NCBI RefSeq assembly: GCF_006345805.1
Contig: NC_043012.1
Span: 41,974,001-42,038,000 of the forward strand
From: Octopus sinensis
Lineage: Eukaryota
DNA: 64,000 nucleotides
Direction of reading: 5' to 3'
This document shows, in pieces, positions 1 to 15,139 of this stretch (position 1 is its first letter; every line of letters starts with the position of its first letter). The position numbers and the translations under genes were made by a program. A model generated the notes under the pieces. The model did not search any database. It was not told the DNA's origin and saw only the letters and a list, made by a program, of their open reading frames with translations.

Positions 1-443
1 TCTATGGCTACTTCCACTAAACTAACACCAACATCACCAACAAAGACTTTCTTTGAAAATTATATTCTTTGTTACCCACATTCACTTCCACCTTGAAAGT
101 TGTGATCTATTATGTTTGTCATGGAGCGGACATGTTCTAGAAATATCTGCGGATAATTGTCCTTGAGAAAATACTGGTTCATTTCTCTTTGCCATTGTTA
201 GAAGAATTGTTGCTGTTATAAAGGCGGCGGTTTGATAGAATCGTTAAGGCGTCGAGAAAAATACTTTACGGTATTTCTTCAGAGTCTTTATGTTCTGAGT
301 TCAAATAGTGACGTGATCAATCAACGTCACATTTCATTTCTCCAAGTTTGATTGGAATAAAATACAAAATGAATATTGAAGATCGATACTATTGGCAAAT
401 GAAACCGCTCAAAATGGCTGGCTGTCCTTGTGACGAAATTAAA

Positions 444-474
<31 letters not shown>

Positions 475-539
475 TGGCTTTCACAAAAAAGGAAAATCAG
501 AGGAGTATCTGTTGGTTTTAGAAGTTTTACAAAGAACAT

Positions 540-1050
540 CAGATTAGAAAAGAAAATAATCAGCGGGAAAGGTGCATCGAAGAGGCAGCACAGACGACGC
601 GCTAGCGGCGAGAATCACCTTTTCTTCAACACCAAACATGAAGGTTGGGTTGTCCGTGCTAAAGTATATGCGCCGAAACAGCATAAAAGCACAAAAACGG
701 GTCTGTCCACCGTCATCCAGTGTCCGTACATTAGTATCTTGTGGACTTGGTTCGTGTGGGGCGAACCCGGCTCTCCATTGAATCTAAGTGTAGGTCGATG
801 TGCTGCCTTCCTTTAACAGGAAAGAGAGGCTTGATGGCGGTGGCGAAAGAGGTTGTTTGGTGGAGTCGTCTCAAAGTTTTGAAGACAGGTATTTTCTAAT
901 CTGGGCAAGGCCTCAAGTACTATTTGAGGAGGAATGTGAAGGTGGAGAGGGAGGCACTGCCTTCTAGTGTGCTTATTGAAAGGTGGATGCGAGAGGCAAT
1001 ACTAGTGAGCCTGAATAAACCTACTCTGAGTAAGGTAGAAACTGGAGGAG
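540..1050 (+). mobile_element. Decayed L1/Tx1-like LINE ORF2 3' fragment
   Basis: Broken frames give ...TGLSTVIQCPYISILW (degenerate zinc-knuckle region) and MAVAKEVVWWSRLK..*..YLRRNVKVEREALPSSVLIERW, resembling the C-terminus of L1/Tx1 ORF2. Recognised by eye. Confidence 0.55.
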
Positions 1051-1472
1051 GGATCATTCGATGCCTTGTAGTCGGCAGAATAAACCGGAATATTCAGTGC
1101 GGTACTTTCCCCAAATAACCTCACTCTTAATGGAATGTTTTCCCTTTCTGGTTGATTTTTTTTTTATTTCTTAATTCTATTTTTATAATTTTCGCTATAT
1201 TTATTGCTGTTGATTTTCCTTTGATCATTTTCGTGTGTTGTATATCGTGCTTTGGTATTGTCCTCAATGCATTCGGCATTTCGTCCTTGCGATGCAATAA
1301 GCTGTATATGCATTTCACTGAAAAGTATTCAATAAAATTGCAGTTTATAACACGCTTTCCCATTCAGTTAAACCAATAATATTTTTATGTGAGAGCGATA
1401 TGGCTGCCTCACCTTCTCACTTATTCTTAGCCGTTTTCTATATGATTCACAACTATTGCATATATATACACA

Positions 1473-1528
<56 letters not shown>

Positions 1529-1634
1529 ATATATTACATTTAAAATTAATTTATTTTATGATTTATAATGTTAAAAGACATTATACGTACATACACACGC
1601 ACAAACACATGCATCTATACATCTTTAAATATAT

Positions 1635-1676
<42 letters not shown>

Positions 1677-1758
1677 CAGAGAGAGAGGGGAAGAGATAAT
1701 GTGTGTGTACATATGTGAGAGTAGGAAGGTTCAAGTTTTAATTAACTGCTCCAGCTGA

Positions 1759-1812
<54 letters not shown>

Positions 1813-1979
1813 GTGTGTGTGTGTGTGTGCCTGTATATCTGTATTTATGCATAGATATGTATAATACATTTGAGATACATGCTCATGGATAGAAAGACAT
1901 CCAGCAAGGCACAGAGAGAAACATCAGGTAGGTATATAAGTAGGCAGGCAGGCAGATAGATAGATATCACTCCATTATC

Positions 1980-2420
1980 TATTGCGCCCTCGTTGTAGGG
2001 AGTAGATCTTCAATTTTTGTAGCCTGCCCCAGTATCTTTTCTGTTGCACTGAAGCAGTCTTCTAAGTATAACAGTGCTGGATTGCCTGGAACTCCGCTGT
2101 TAGATTGAAGCCTTGTGGCGACCATAATTAGGAGCAGTGGTCCTAATAAAAGAGAATAAATGTTTTCGACAGGAACAACGTTGTTTCATGTTTTCTGCTT
2201 TTTTTTCTCTTATTGATCTCAGACTCCGATCAACCTAATCTCTTGCTCACTGTTACCCATGTTAATAGAATGCATTCAGGATGCTGCATCATTACTCAGG
2301 TGGATTCCCACGCACTGACCATTTCCCACTGTGACTCCAGGATCGCACCAATATTCCTTCATTTTGTGCAGTCTTACTTCAAACCGGAGCGCTTGGAAAT
2401 GCTCAGCATTTATGCGTGTG
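1980..2420 (-). mobile_element. Decayed CR1-group LINE ORF2 fragment
   Basis: Minus strand gives DHCS*LWSPQ..AEFQAIQ..YWGRLQKLKIYSLQR, equivalent to the LDYCSQLWSP...YWERL..LKLYSL..RR region. Same family as 24030-24835. Confidence 0.7.
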
Positions 2421-2653
2421 TGTGTAATGCATTTAGATACTATAAATCACGTGGAATAATAGATGTTTATTCTATAGAAAAGAACCAACAATGAAGGAGA
2501 GGGTGAGGCAGTCATGCTGCACTCACATAAAAAATATTAACGGCTTCATTGAATGGAAACACTTTATATTAACTGCAATTTTATCGAGTTCTTTGCTCCG
2601 CAAAGCACATAGAACTCTATTTGTCACAAGGACGCAATAACAATAACGAAAGC

Positions 2654-2696
<43 letters not shown>

Positions 2697-2918
2697 TAAT
2701 AACAACAACAATAATTTTAATGTTTTTTGTTCTGACAAAGCGGCAAGGCCACAGATATGTCATATATGGGCAGGGTCGTCTATAACTCTCTTAAACATCA
2801 TAAAAACCTAGTTCTGTTACCTACAGTTCTGTCACATAAAACGTTGTATCTATCACATCTGGATCCTGTCCAACCCGAATAACGGCTCTGCTCAAGCTTC
2901 CTGTATACTATACAACAC

Positions 2919-2967
<49 letters not shown>

Positions 2968-3879
2968 TAACTAACTAACTCCTTTTCTTTCCTTCTCCTT
3001 GCCCTTTTTATTTTTATTGCCTTCTTGTCTTTCCACATATATGCGCATGAGGCTAGATATATAAATATACATATATACATAAAAATATTTATGTATTTAT
3101 GTATATCTTAAAAGGCAGATTTTCTCTGCCTGTTACCATGTTCGTTTTTAATACAATTCTACAATATAGAATTTCTTCAATTGGAATTTACCTATGATTT
3201 TTCGAAGTAGATTCGATTGGGTCATGGCATATAAAGTTTTTTCAATTTGACCCCCAATTAAGCCAAATTTCGAGAAAAGTAGATATTTTACGATTTGCCT
3301 CTCTAATTTCAACTGATTCACTCCTGCTATTACCATACTTTCTCTTTGCAAGTTACCTTAAACCACTACTCAAAAAAGATACAGAGCAAACAGAAACAAA
3401 TAAATACATAACGATTTACTCCTCACACAATTTCTTCAATTGGAATTTACCTATGATTTTTCGAAGTACATTCTATTCGGTCATGGCATAATTGGGGGTC
3501 AACCCCAATTAAGCAAAAATTCGAGAAAACTCAATATTTTACGATTTCCCTCTCTCACTTCAAAGGCTTTACTCCGCCTATTACCACACTTTCTCCCACT
3601 TTCTCTTTACACACATAGACACGCAAACATATACATATATGACAGTTTGCAAGCGTACTTCAGTTGTCAATTGTTGAAAGAAAATTGTAAACTAAGAAGG
3701 TGTGTGAGTGCGTGCGTGTGTGTGTCTGTGTGTGTGTGAGTGTGTGTGTGTGTGTGTGTAGGTAGTGAAGGATAACAATATGGCAAGAAGTGGACAGATG
3801 TACATATATACATACATAAATCCATACATACATACATGTGTGTGTGTGTGTATGTATGTGTATTAATGTGTGTGTGTTA

Positions 3880-4329
3880 TCTCTCTCTATATAAAGCTGA
3901 AGTTGTCTGTGTGCGCCAGGTTTGGTAGCCTTCAACTAACACTATCTCCTCCGAGACCCTGCGGCGCAAGTTGATCAAAATTGAGAGTATGATAGAAGGG
4001 TTGCTCTTCCTTCCGTAGAAGATAAAATTCAAATCGGACCATGTTAACACCAAAAATTATTTACATCAAAAAGGTGCTTTTTTTCTATGAAAATCCCTAT
4101 TTTTTACGATTTTTTCACTGCTGTGTCGCCACTTTTCGGTGTATTTCAACCAGAAAAATATTCACACAATTGTGTGAGGAGTAAATCGTTATGTATTTAT
4201 TTGTTTCTGTTTGCTCTGTATCTTTTTTGAGTAGTGGTTTAAGCTACATAATGCAAAATTTTTACTTTTCAAAAATTCCAATTCCAGCGGGTCGAAACAA
4301 ACCCGAGCAACGCCGGGCGATACTGCTAG
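3880..4329 (+). mobile_element. Non-autonomous Helitron-like element
   Basis: 5' a|TCTCTCTCTATATAAAGCTGAAGTTG. 3' GC-rich hairpin CCCGAGCAACGCCGGG followed about 10 nt later by CTAG|t. The 3' end is identical to that at 43799-43826. Confidence 0.75.
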
Positions 4330-4351
4330 TATATCTATATGTGTGTGTGCG

Positions 4352-4665
4352 TGAAGGCGCCTGGCTCAGTGGTTGCGATTTTTGGCTCACGATCGTAAGG
4401 TCGTGAGTTCAATTCCCGGCGATGCGTTGTGTTCTTGAGCAAGACACTTTATTTCACATTACTCCAGTCCACTCAGCTGGCAAAAATGAGTTGTACTTGT
4501 ATTTCAAAGGGCCAGCCTTGTCACACTCTGAGGCACGCTGAATCTCCCTGAGAACTACGTTAAGAGTACACGTGTCCGTGGAGTGCTCAGCAACTTAACT
4601 TCACGAGCAGGCTATTCCGGTGATCGCATCAACTGGGGCTCTCGTCGCCATAACCGACGGAGTGC
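4352..4665 (+). mobile_element. tRNA-derived SINE (family C)
   Basis: Box A-like tggctcagtgg and box B-like gagttcaattcc, then gcaagacactttatttcac..ccagtccactcagctgg. Related copies on the minus strand near 6370-6530 and 23700-23960. Confidence 0.7.
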
Positions 4666-5604
4666 TCTCATATATTTTTTTAATGCACTACATAATCACT
4701 AAATTACATAGGAGATAAACCCTAAGTAGGGATGGGAGAACATTAAGCCTTTAGAAGTGTTCATGCGAGAGACATCCGATAGAGGTCAGAGGATAGAGAC
4801 TTCTGGTACAGGTGGTGGGGTTGGGAAGGGCAGCTGCATCGTGAAACAGCAAAAACTCAGGGAGAATATTATGAGAGTAATGAGATAGAATTGGGCATTT
4901 GAAATTCTTAACTAGAACTTTCGGTCAAGAGTTTTCGGTCAGCCAATTTGTGACAAAATTAGATGAATGAATGAATAAGTGACAATAATAAATGAGCGTG
5001 AAAGAGAGGGAGAGTTGGATCGAGCGAAGGGATCTTAAGTATTTTTTTTTAACATACAGCGTGGAAGACGAAACTGTGTTTACATAGATAATGAAATAGA
5101 TAGAATAATGAAATGAACAATTAAGGTAATTATGATTTGCGCCGAAAAAAAAAGAGTTTTAGATGTACCTGGTTGAAAAACAAGATTGCTTATCTGAACA
5201 TCTGATTTTCTACTCCTTTTGGCAAGGTGTTATACATATATATAAACATATGTGTGTGTCTGTGAGTGCGTGTCTGGGCGCTTGGGTGGGTGGGTGTTTA
5301 GGTGTGAGGCTGAATGTTTTTTATATTTTTATGAACCCTTAATAGTTCTGTGTGGAAAAATTAACGTTCTCCAGGCCGCTGAAGCTTCCTAAGCATTGCA
5401 GTCTTATCTTGATGATGAAGAAGTTGTTGCTATAATTGTTTACGGTGGTGTACATGACTAAAGATTGTAGGAGGCAAGAAACATGGGGGAACCATGATGT
5501 GTTAATGATGTCATTATTTCACTTTTGTTTGTTGATACGCTCAGTTATCTCTCCGGTGGCTGCATCGATTCTGTCTTAACTATTAATAAACTATCACACA
5601 CCCT

Positions 5605-5640
<36 letters not shown>

Positions 5641-5654
5641 TACCTACATATAAT

Positions 5655-5700
<46 letters not shown>

Positions 5701-6809
5701 TGTCTCTATGTTTAAGTATATATAAAGCAATGTATATATTCATGTATGAGTGTTTGCATATATGTACGTATATATCTCTCCTGTTTGTAAAAATTTTAAT
5801 TCCTACCCTGAAGAACAGGTTGGCTTCTAAAAAAGACACGAAGCTCCATCCTTCGAATACAGATAAGGAAAACAATGTCATTTTCTAAACCTGAGAAAAA
5901 TCTTGCATAGCTTTACTGTTCCGCTTACAGATTGTAGCTGTAATGTGCGAGTCAGTTGATTTCTTTTTCTGAAAAGTTTATCCAGACTGACAGTTTGACA
6001 TTTATTTACAAGACCAAGTTCTCCAATCATAATTCGTATAACTGTAAACTTGGAATTCGGATATAGAGGCTGGAGGTTTCGAAGCAGTAGGCCATATTTA
6101 TCTTCTTTCTCTTATATTGTTATATTCAATAATAAATTATCTACATGTCTGTACAAATGTAGATTTTCTTTCACCTGAGGACGTAGCTTAATTTCTACAT
6201 TTGTCTTAAAAGAGTTTTACATTAACGCAGACATGTAAATAATTCATTTATTATTAAATATAATAATATAAACTATCTTTACAAGCTTTAATTTACGAAA
6301 CAATTTCTCGTGATATTTAAATTTTGTTATAGTTAAATAAATTTTCATCATAATATTTCTGTCATTTATAACTTAAGAATATATATATATTTTTTTTCTT
6401 AAGTTTGTCACACGAATGAACTGAAATAACCTGATATGAAGTGTTTTGCTCAAGGACACAACCCATCACCAGGAATCGAAACCACAATCTCACAATCATG
6501 AAAGCCATTCCGTAACCGCTAAGCCATGAGCATACGTGTACACGTACATATAAACATATGAAATAACCCATGAAACCATTAATCTTTAATAAATTTATTT
6601 GCCTTTAACGACTCTAATACTCGTAAATGATCCCATTCTAATTGAGCTGTTTCTCCTTTCTGGGGAAAATATTCTCTTTGTCTAACCTTATGGCCAACAA
6701 TATATCGAAACTGAATCGAACGTCTCTTAAATATAATTCCAGTAATGTTATTCATGAAAATATTTCGATTTTCCTGGAATAAAGCTTCAGAATAATATAT
6801 GACTAATCA

Positions 6810-7190
6810 AAGACGGTGAGCTGGCAGAACCGTTAGCACGCCGGGCGAAATGCTTAGCGGTATTTCGTCTGCCGTTACGTTCTGAGTTCAAATTCCGCCG
6901 AGTCGACTTGCCTTCATCATTTCGGGGTCGATAATTAAGTACCAGTTACGCACTGGGGTCGATATAATCGACTTAATCCGTTTGTCTGTCCTTGTTTGTC
7001 CTCTCTGTGTTTTACCCCGTGTGGGTAGTAAAGAAATAGGTATTTCGTCTGATTTACGTTCTGAGTTCAAATTCTGTCGAGGTCGCCTTTGCCTTTCGGG
7101 GTCGATAAATTAAGTACTAGTGGCGTAATGGGGTCGATCTAATGGACTGGCCCGCTCCCCAAAAAGTTTAGGACTTATACCTAGACCTAG
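6810..7190 (+). mobile_element. tRNA-derived SINE (family A) plus adjacent partial copy
   Basis: Head ggcagaaccgttagc...gagttcaaattcc and central gcctttcatc.tttcggggtcgataaattaagtaccag...ctggggtcgat (resembles, from memory, the MetaSINE central domain). Further copies near 7950-8150, 16950-17150, 19608-19830, 19960-20045(-), 41350-41550, 41970-42230, 47120-47345(-), 48160-48365(-), 54700-54815. Confidence 0.8.
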
Positions 7191-8758
7191 AGCAGAAAAG
7201 AATAAATGACTAAATAGGCAAGCCAACCTTTCCCCAAATATTTCGGGGTTTTTTTTTTCCAAACAGAATTCAAGTAACTTTTTACAAGCATCGAAGGGAG
7301 TTACGGTGGTGCTGTTGGTAGTGGTGACGGTGATGGTGGTGGCAGGAGAGAAATTTGGGGGTATCAGCGGTGGCGAAGGCAATTGTGTCGATAGTGGTGA
7401 TGAAGGTGGTGATGTTTGTAGTGTTGGTGATAGTGGTGTTGTCGGCGGCGTTGGAGATGGTAGTGGTTGTGGTGGTGGCAGCAGCAAGGATGACGTTGGT
7501 GCTTGTGATGTCAGTGGTGGTGGTAGTGGTGGCACTGGCGGTTATCAAGGTAGTCATGCTAAAGATGGTGGTGGTTGTGGTGGTAGTTGAATTGGTGGTG
7601 AGGATTGTGGTGGTGATGGATCAAGGTCGAGCAAAAACTATGTGGTTGGGCTCCAGCCGCGCCCTGGTCCCTTGTTGGCTCGCAACTCTAGTGTCTACAT
7701 TTATGTGTGTCTCTGGGTGTGTAATAATTATGGGAACTTTTTAAGGACAGGTTGGTTTGTCTCGGTTTTATATTATTTTCCGGTTTACATGAGAATATAT
7801 ACACAATAACCTGACTGGAATTATATCTTGGTCAATAAGGTCAGACACACAAGATATGTTATTCCTGAAAAGACAAGCAACTATCCTCCTCTTCCTCCTC
7901 CTCCTCCTCCTTCTCCTCCTCCTCCTCCTCATCATCATAATAAAGGGTCGATTTGCAGAATCGTTAGTGTGCTGAGCATAATGCTTAACGGCATTTCGTC
8001 CGTCGCTACATTCTGAGTTCAAATTTCGCCGAGGTCGATTTTACCTTTCATCTTTTCGGGGTCGATAAATTAAGTACCAGTCAAGTACTGGGGTCGATGT
8101 GATCGACTTACCCCTCTCCCCAAATTTCAGACCTTATGCTTACATTAGGAAGGATTATTATAATTATCATTTAAGACGTCGCACAATATTCAATACCGTT
8201 ATGTTGCTAATTGAAGATGTTGTGTCATTGGATGTGTCTGGTTTTTCATGTTTTGTGTGCGTTCCTCTTTGTGTGTCTGGCTCTGCATTGTTCGGTCGGC
8301 TCTTCGATCCAATATTGGAGCCAACAAAATAAATTAATTCAATGGCTTACATTTCTGACTAACAAGATATTTTTCCTTTCATGAAAAATATTCATTATAA
8401 AAGAAGGGCTTTTTTCAATGTCACCTAATTTTGTCACAGTATGGAATAGAGAAAATATATAATTCTCATCCTCGAACAAGTGACTGAGAATTCTTCATTG
8501 ACGTCAATTGAAAATAGTGCGTAACTGTTAATAGCTTTTGTTGTTCTCTGGTATTTTCACGCAGTTTTCTTTGGCTCACTTAAATATTACGCACTTTAGT
8601 TCACTTTCAGACGAAACAATGACGAACTTTCTGTTTCACAAACTCCTCTTCCGCCTGTTATATTGAAAGAATGAGCAGCCTTCAAATCTGTCACACATTG
8701 TTAGTCGCTCTAATTTATCTCTTACCGCGATCTCTCGTATACTTTGTCAGTCTACCGT

Positions 8759-8809
<51 letters not shown>

Positions 8810-8981
8810 CTATCACTTTCCTACACACACCCTCTCTCACTCATTCACTAACTCGCTGTAATATATATGTGTATATGTGTGTATGTGCTTGTTTTCGTAT
8901 GTATGTATGGATGTATGACTACATGCATATGCATAGACATAGATAGATAGATAGATAGATGATAGATAGATAGATAGATAG

Positions 8982-9016
<35 letters not shown>

Positions 9017-9046
9017 GTAGAGAGATAGGTAGATAGATAGACAGAC

Positions 9047-9123
<77 letters not shown>

Positions 9124-9245
9124 GATAGATAAACAGACAGATATGTGATTCGCGTCACATAAAGATGCATTAAATTAATAGAAGATATGATACTTATATC
9201 AAAAGGGGAACGGAAATTCAAGATTGTAAAACAGACACAAAGTAG

Positions 9246-9327
<82 letters not shown>

Positions 9328-9418
9328 TATATATGTATGGATGTATGTAGTGTGTGCGTGTGTGTGTATGTGTGTATGTATGTAGGTGTGTATATATATA
9401 TGTATGTATATATGTATC

Positions 9419-9460
<42 letters not shown>

Positions 9461-9492
9461 GTGTATATATATAGTGTAATTATATATACATG

Positions 9493-9557
<65 letters not shown>

Positions 9558-9565
9558 TATATATG

Positions 9566-10983
<1,418 letters not shown>

Positions 10984-11015
10984 TTTTTATTTTATTTTTT
11001 ATTTTTTATTTTATC

Positions 11016-11580
11016 TAGTTTCATCTCACGAGCTGCGGCCATGCTGGGGCACCGTCATTTGGTGATGCTACATGATTTTACTTCACGAATGCTTTCAGCA
11101 ATTGCCATTTGGTGAATGAGAGAGTTCGATGCAGCTGCCCTCATCTGCACCTCCTGTCGTGAAGTTGGTTCATCTGGGACACCTGACAGGAAGAGATCCA
11201 GTTTTATTTTAAAGACATCTGCATCGACCCCATGCAGGGCTCTCAGGTTCTTCGAGAGGATATTGAAGAGCTGTGGGTCTCTGAAGCCCAGGCTATCTTG
11301 GTATCTTGTCCTACATCTTGATGGCAATTTTGGAGTCCTTGGCACTGAAGAACCTGAGAGTCCTGCATGGGGTGGATGCAGATGTCTTTAAAATAAAACT
11401 GGATCTCTTCCTGTCAGGTGTCCCAGATGAACCAACTTCACGGCAGGAGGTGAAGATGAGGGCAGCTGTATCGAACTCTCTCATGCACCAAATGGCAGTT
11501 GCTAAAAAGCATTCGTGAAGTAAAATCATGTAGCAACACCAAATGGCGGTGCCTCAGCATGGCCACAGCTCGTGATCTGA
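11016..11580. mobile_element. Inverted duplication of a CR1-like LINE 3' end
   Basis: 11016-11252 is the reverse complement of 11348-11580. Translation gives FRDPQLFNILSKNLRALHGVDADVFKIKLDLFLSGVPDEP, a LINE ORF2 C-terminus homologous to 24035-24526(-). Confidence 0.8.
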
Positions 11581-12055
11581 AATATATATGTATATATGTG
11601 TGTGTATATATTATGTATATATGTATATATATATATATATATATAATATATATATATATATAATATATATATATGCATGTATAAATATATATATGCATGT
11701 ATATATGTATATATATATTATTGTATATATGTAATATATATATGTATGTATATATATGTAATATATGTATGTATATGTATGGATAAATATATGTATATAT
11801 ATATATAAATATATATGTATAAATATATGTATGTATATATATATATGTAGGTGTGTATAAATATAGTATATATATATGTATGTATAAATATATGTATGTA
11901 TATATATATATATATATATGTATAAATATATGTATATATATTATATGTATGTATATATATATATAGTATGTATATATATATATATGTATATATATGTATG
12001 TGTATATATGTATGTGTATATATATGTATGTATATATATGTGTATATATATATGC

Positions 12056-12092
<37 letters not shown>

Positions 12093-12097
12093 TTATA

Positions 12098-12352
12098 TAT
12101 AGAGGGCATTATACATACATGCCAGAGGGCATTATACATACATGCGACACGCTAAGAGGGACAATTAGTCATTTCTACACAAAATAGTACTAATCCCACC
12201 GAATGCAATTTTCAAAGTAAGACATTGAAAAATTGCATTCGGTGGGATTGGGATTAGTAATATTTTTGGTAGAAATGACTAATTGTCCCTCTTAGCGTGT
12301 GGCATGTATGTATAATGCCCGCTGGCGGCATGTATGTAAATGCCCTCTATAT
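12098..12352. mobile_element. Foldback/MITE-like element
   Basis: Near-perfect inverted repeat (agagggcatt..gctaagagggacaattagtcatttct..gaatgcaattttcaa / ttgaaaaattgcattc..agaaatgactaattgtccctcttagc..aatgccctct) flanked by TA runs. Confidence 0.75.
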
Positions 12353-12599
12353 TAAATTAATATGTTCAATAAGAAATAATTATTTTCGAAATTTTTTCTC
12401 TTATGAGGTTTTCACGCTATCTACCTGACAATTCTTGTTAAGTTTTCCTATTAAGTAGTTGTCCTTAATTGCTATATATTATATATGTATATATATATGT
12501 ATGTATATATATATATGTATGTATATAGTATGTATTATGTATGTATATATGTATGTATATATATATGTATGTATATATGTGTGCATGTATATATGTCTG

Positions 12600-12631
<32 letters not shown>

Positions 12632-12660
12632 TATATGTGTGCATTTATATATGTATGTAA

Positions 12661-12696
<36 letters not shown>

Positions 12697-13102
12697 CTAT
12701 GTATATATAATGTGTCTATGTATATATATATGTATATATATATGTGTGTCTATATATATATGTATTGCTGTGCATATATATATGTATATATATATATTAT
12801 GTATGTATGTATATATATGTATACGTATAGTATATATATAAGTATATATTATATATATATATATATATATAATATATATGTATGGTATATATATATATGC
12901 ATGTATATATGTATGTATATATATGTATATATATATGTATATATATGTATGTATGTATATATGTGTGTGTGTGTGTGTGTGTGGGTGCGTGTGTGAAATT
13001 ATGAGAATTGAAGTTTCGCTTGTCAATTCTTATTCAAGCTTGAACTATACCACAAACAACACAACACAAACACTGGTTTGAATTGAACTGTTTATCTTTC
13101 AG

Positions 13103-13214
13103 ATACAAGATATTAACGTTTCCTTCGCTGGCCAGAGTTGAAGCGACGGCACCAAACTGTGCCAAAATTGCCAAAGATGTCAAGCTTGAAGAGTATTCCA
13201 TAGGAGAAACGAAG
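13103..13214 (+). CDS. CHS: Myosin-motor chitin synthase exon: C-terminal part of the myosin motor (converter region)
   Basis: tttatctttcAG acceptor, AAG|gtaata donor. Reads (R)YKILTFPSLARVEATAPNCAKIAKDVKLEEYSIGETK, matching the myosin 'RY.IL ... GxTK' region. Joins in phase 0 to 21663, giving GETK|IFLKYHH. Confidence 0.9.
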
Positions 13215-14584
13215 GTAATAACATCTGTTTCATTCTTATTTTACTCTCTATGTATTGTTTTATTCTTCCAGTAGTTTCACTCGTTGTACTACGGCCATAC
13301 TGGGGCATTGTTTTCAGGGAGTGTTAATCAGTTGATCAGTTCCACTCAACAGCTTATTATTTCATCGATCTTTACTTATCGAATCACTTTGTGGCATTTT
13401 GATATAGAGAAACACAGTTCGTTACTCTGAGTTACATAGAAACAAATACTCACATACACATATTAATATACAATATGTACGTACACATGTATATTTATAA
13501 GTGTGTGTGTGTGTGTTCTCTGCAGCCATGCTGGAGCAGTGTCATATATAGTTAATCGAACAATTTAACCGCAGTTCTTAATATAAGTGTGGAACTTTCT
13601 CTATAGGTTACTTTTGCTGAGCCACTGGGCTAATGGACGTATGCAAACCAACACCGGTTGTCAAGCTGTGTGGTGACAAACACAGACTACAGACGCACTC
13701 AGATATGCGTATGTGTATTCGACAGGTTGTTACGCAGTTTCTATTTACCAAATTCACCCACGAGGGATCTATCGGTCCGAGCCCATTGTAGAAGACACTT
13801 GAGCAAGGTGCGGCTCCCGGGACTAAACTGAAACCACGATGGTGCGAGAACTTCTTAATTACGTTGCCATGCTTGTGCCTACACACACACACACACACAC
13901 ACATACACATACGTACGCTTATGTACACGCAGACACACACACACACACTCATATATGGATAGATCTGTATACATATATATATGCACACGCACGCAGACGC
14001 GCGCGCCCATATATATTTATACACGTACATACATATATATATTATATATATGTATGCGTATGTATGAATATATGTGTATTTGTATGTAAATATATATATA
14101 TACATATATATATGTGTGTGTATGTGTGTGTTTTATGTATGTGCATGTGTATATATGTGTGTGTTTTATGCGTGTGCAAGTGTATATATATACACATGCA
14201 CGCGCATACAAAATATGAAGACATTCTAAAAGAGCGAATGTGATTCGTTACCAAAGTCTGTCACGTAATTCAGGAATTCTCACGAAAAACTTCAAAGTGA
14301 GATGGAATAAAATAAATAAACCAAAATAAGTGCATGCGTGGTTGAGTTGTTAAGGATTTCCCTTTACAACCACGCAGTTCCGGGTACGATCCTGTTTCAC
14401 AAGTTTGGCAAGTCTTTTAAGATATAACTTCAATGTAATCAATGATTTCTGAATACAATTTTGATGACGAAAATTGCAGAAGTCAGTAGGAAGACGTTGT
14501 GAGGGCAGATGCATGCACGCGCGTGCGGAGGTGGATGTATTTGTCAGTGTATCACATATGTATAGATAGACACACACACACATA

Positions 14585-14620
<36 letters not shown>

Positions 14621-14724
14621 TATACGTAGGTTCGAAACTTAAAACACTTATCCATTTTCCCCAGCGTATACACCTGCTTCTTGTACTACGCCTGTCTCTG
14701 TCTTTTGGTTTTTCTCTAAATTTC

Positions 14725-14823
<99 letters not shown>

Positions 14824-15015
14824 TCTTTACTCTTTTACTTGTTTCAGTCATTTGACTGCGGCCATGCTGGAGCATCGCCTTTAGTCGAGCAAATCGACCA
14901 ACAGGACTTATTCTTTGGAAGCCTAGTACTTTTTCTATCGGTCACTTTTGCCGGACCGCTACGGGGACGTCAGCGATGTTGGTTGGGGGACAAACACAGA
15001 CAGCCAAACATATTC

Positions 15016-15102
<87 letters not shown>

Positions 15103-15139
15103 AACATTTTCAAACTACCTAATATTTGGTAAGAGTTAG

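Noticed and set aside
924-1118. REAILVSLNKPTL as a GIY-YIG endonuclease C-terminus
   Set aside because: The upstream in-frame context (AKEVVWWSRLK, KVERE) fits an L1/Tx1 ORF2 end better, and no GIY or YIG motif is visible.
7110-7744. Overlapping Pro/Thr-, Gly- and Val-rich ORFs on both strands
   Set aside because: Degenerate (GGT)n repeat open in most frames, with no splice signals fitting the gene.
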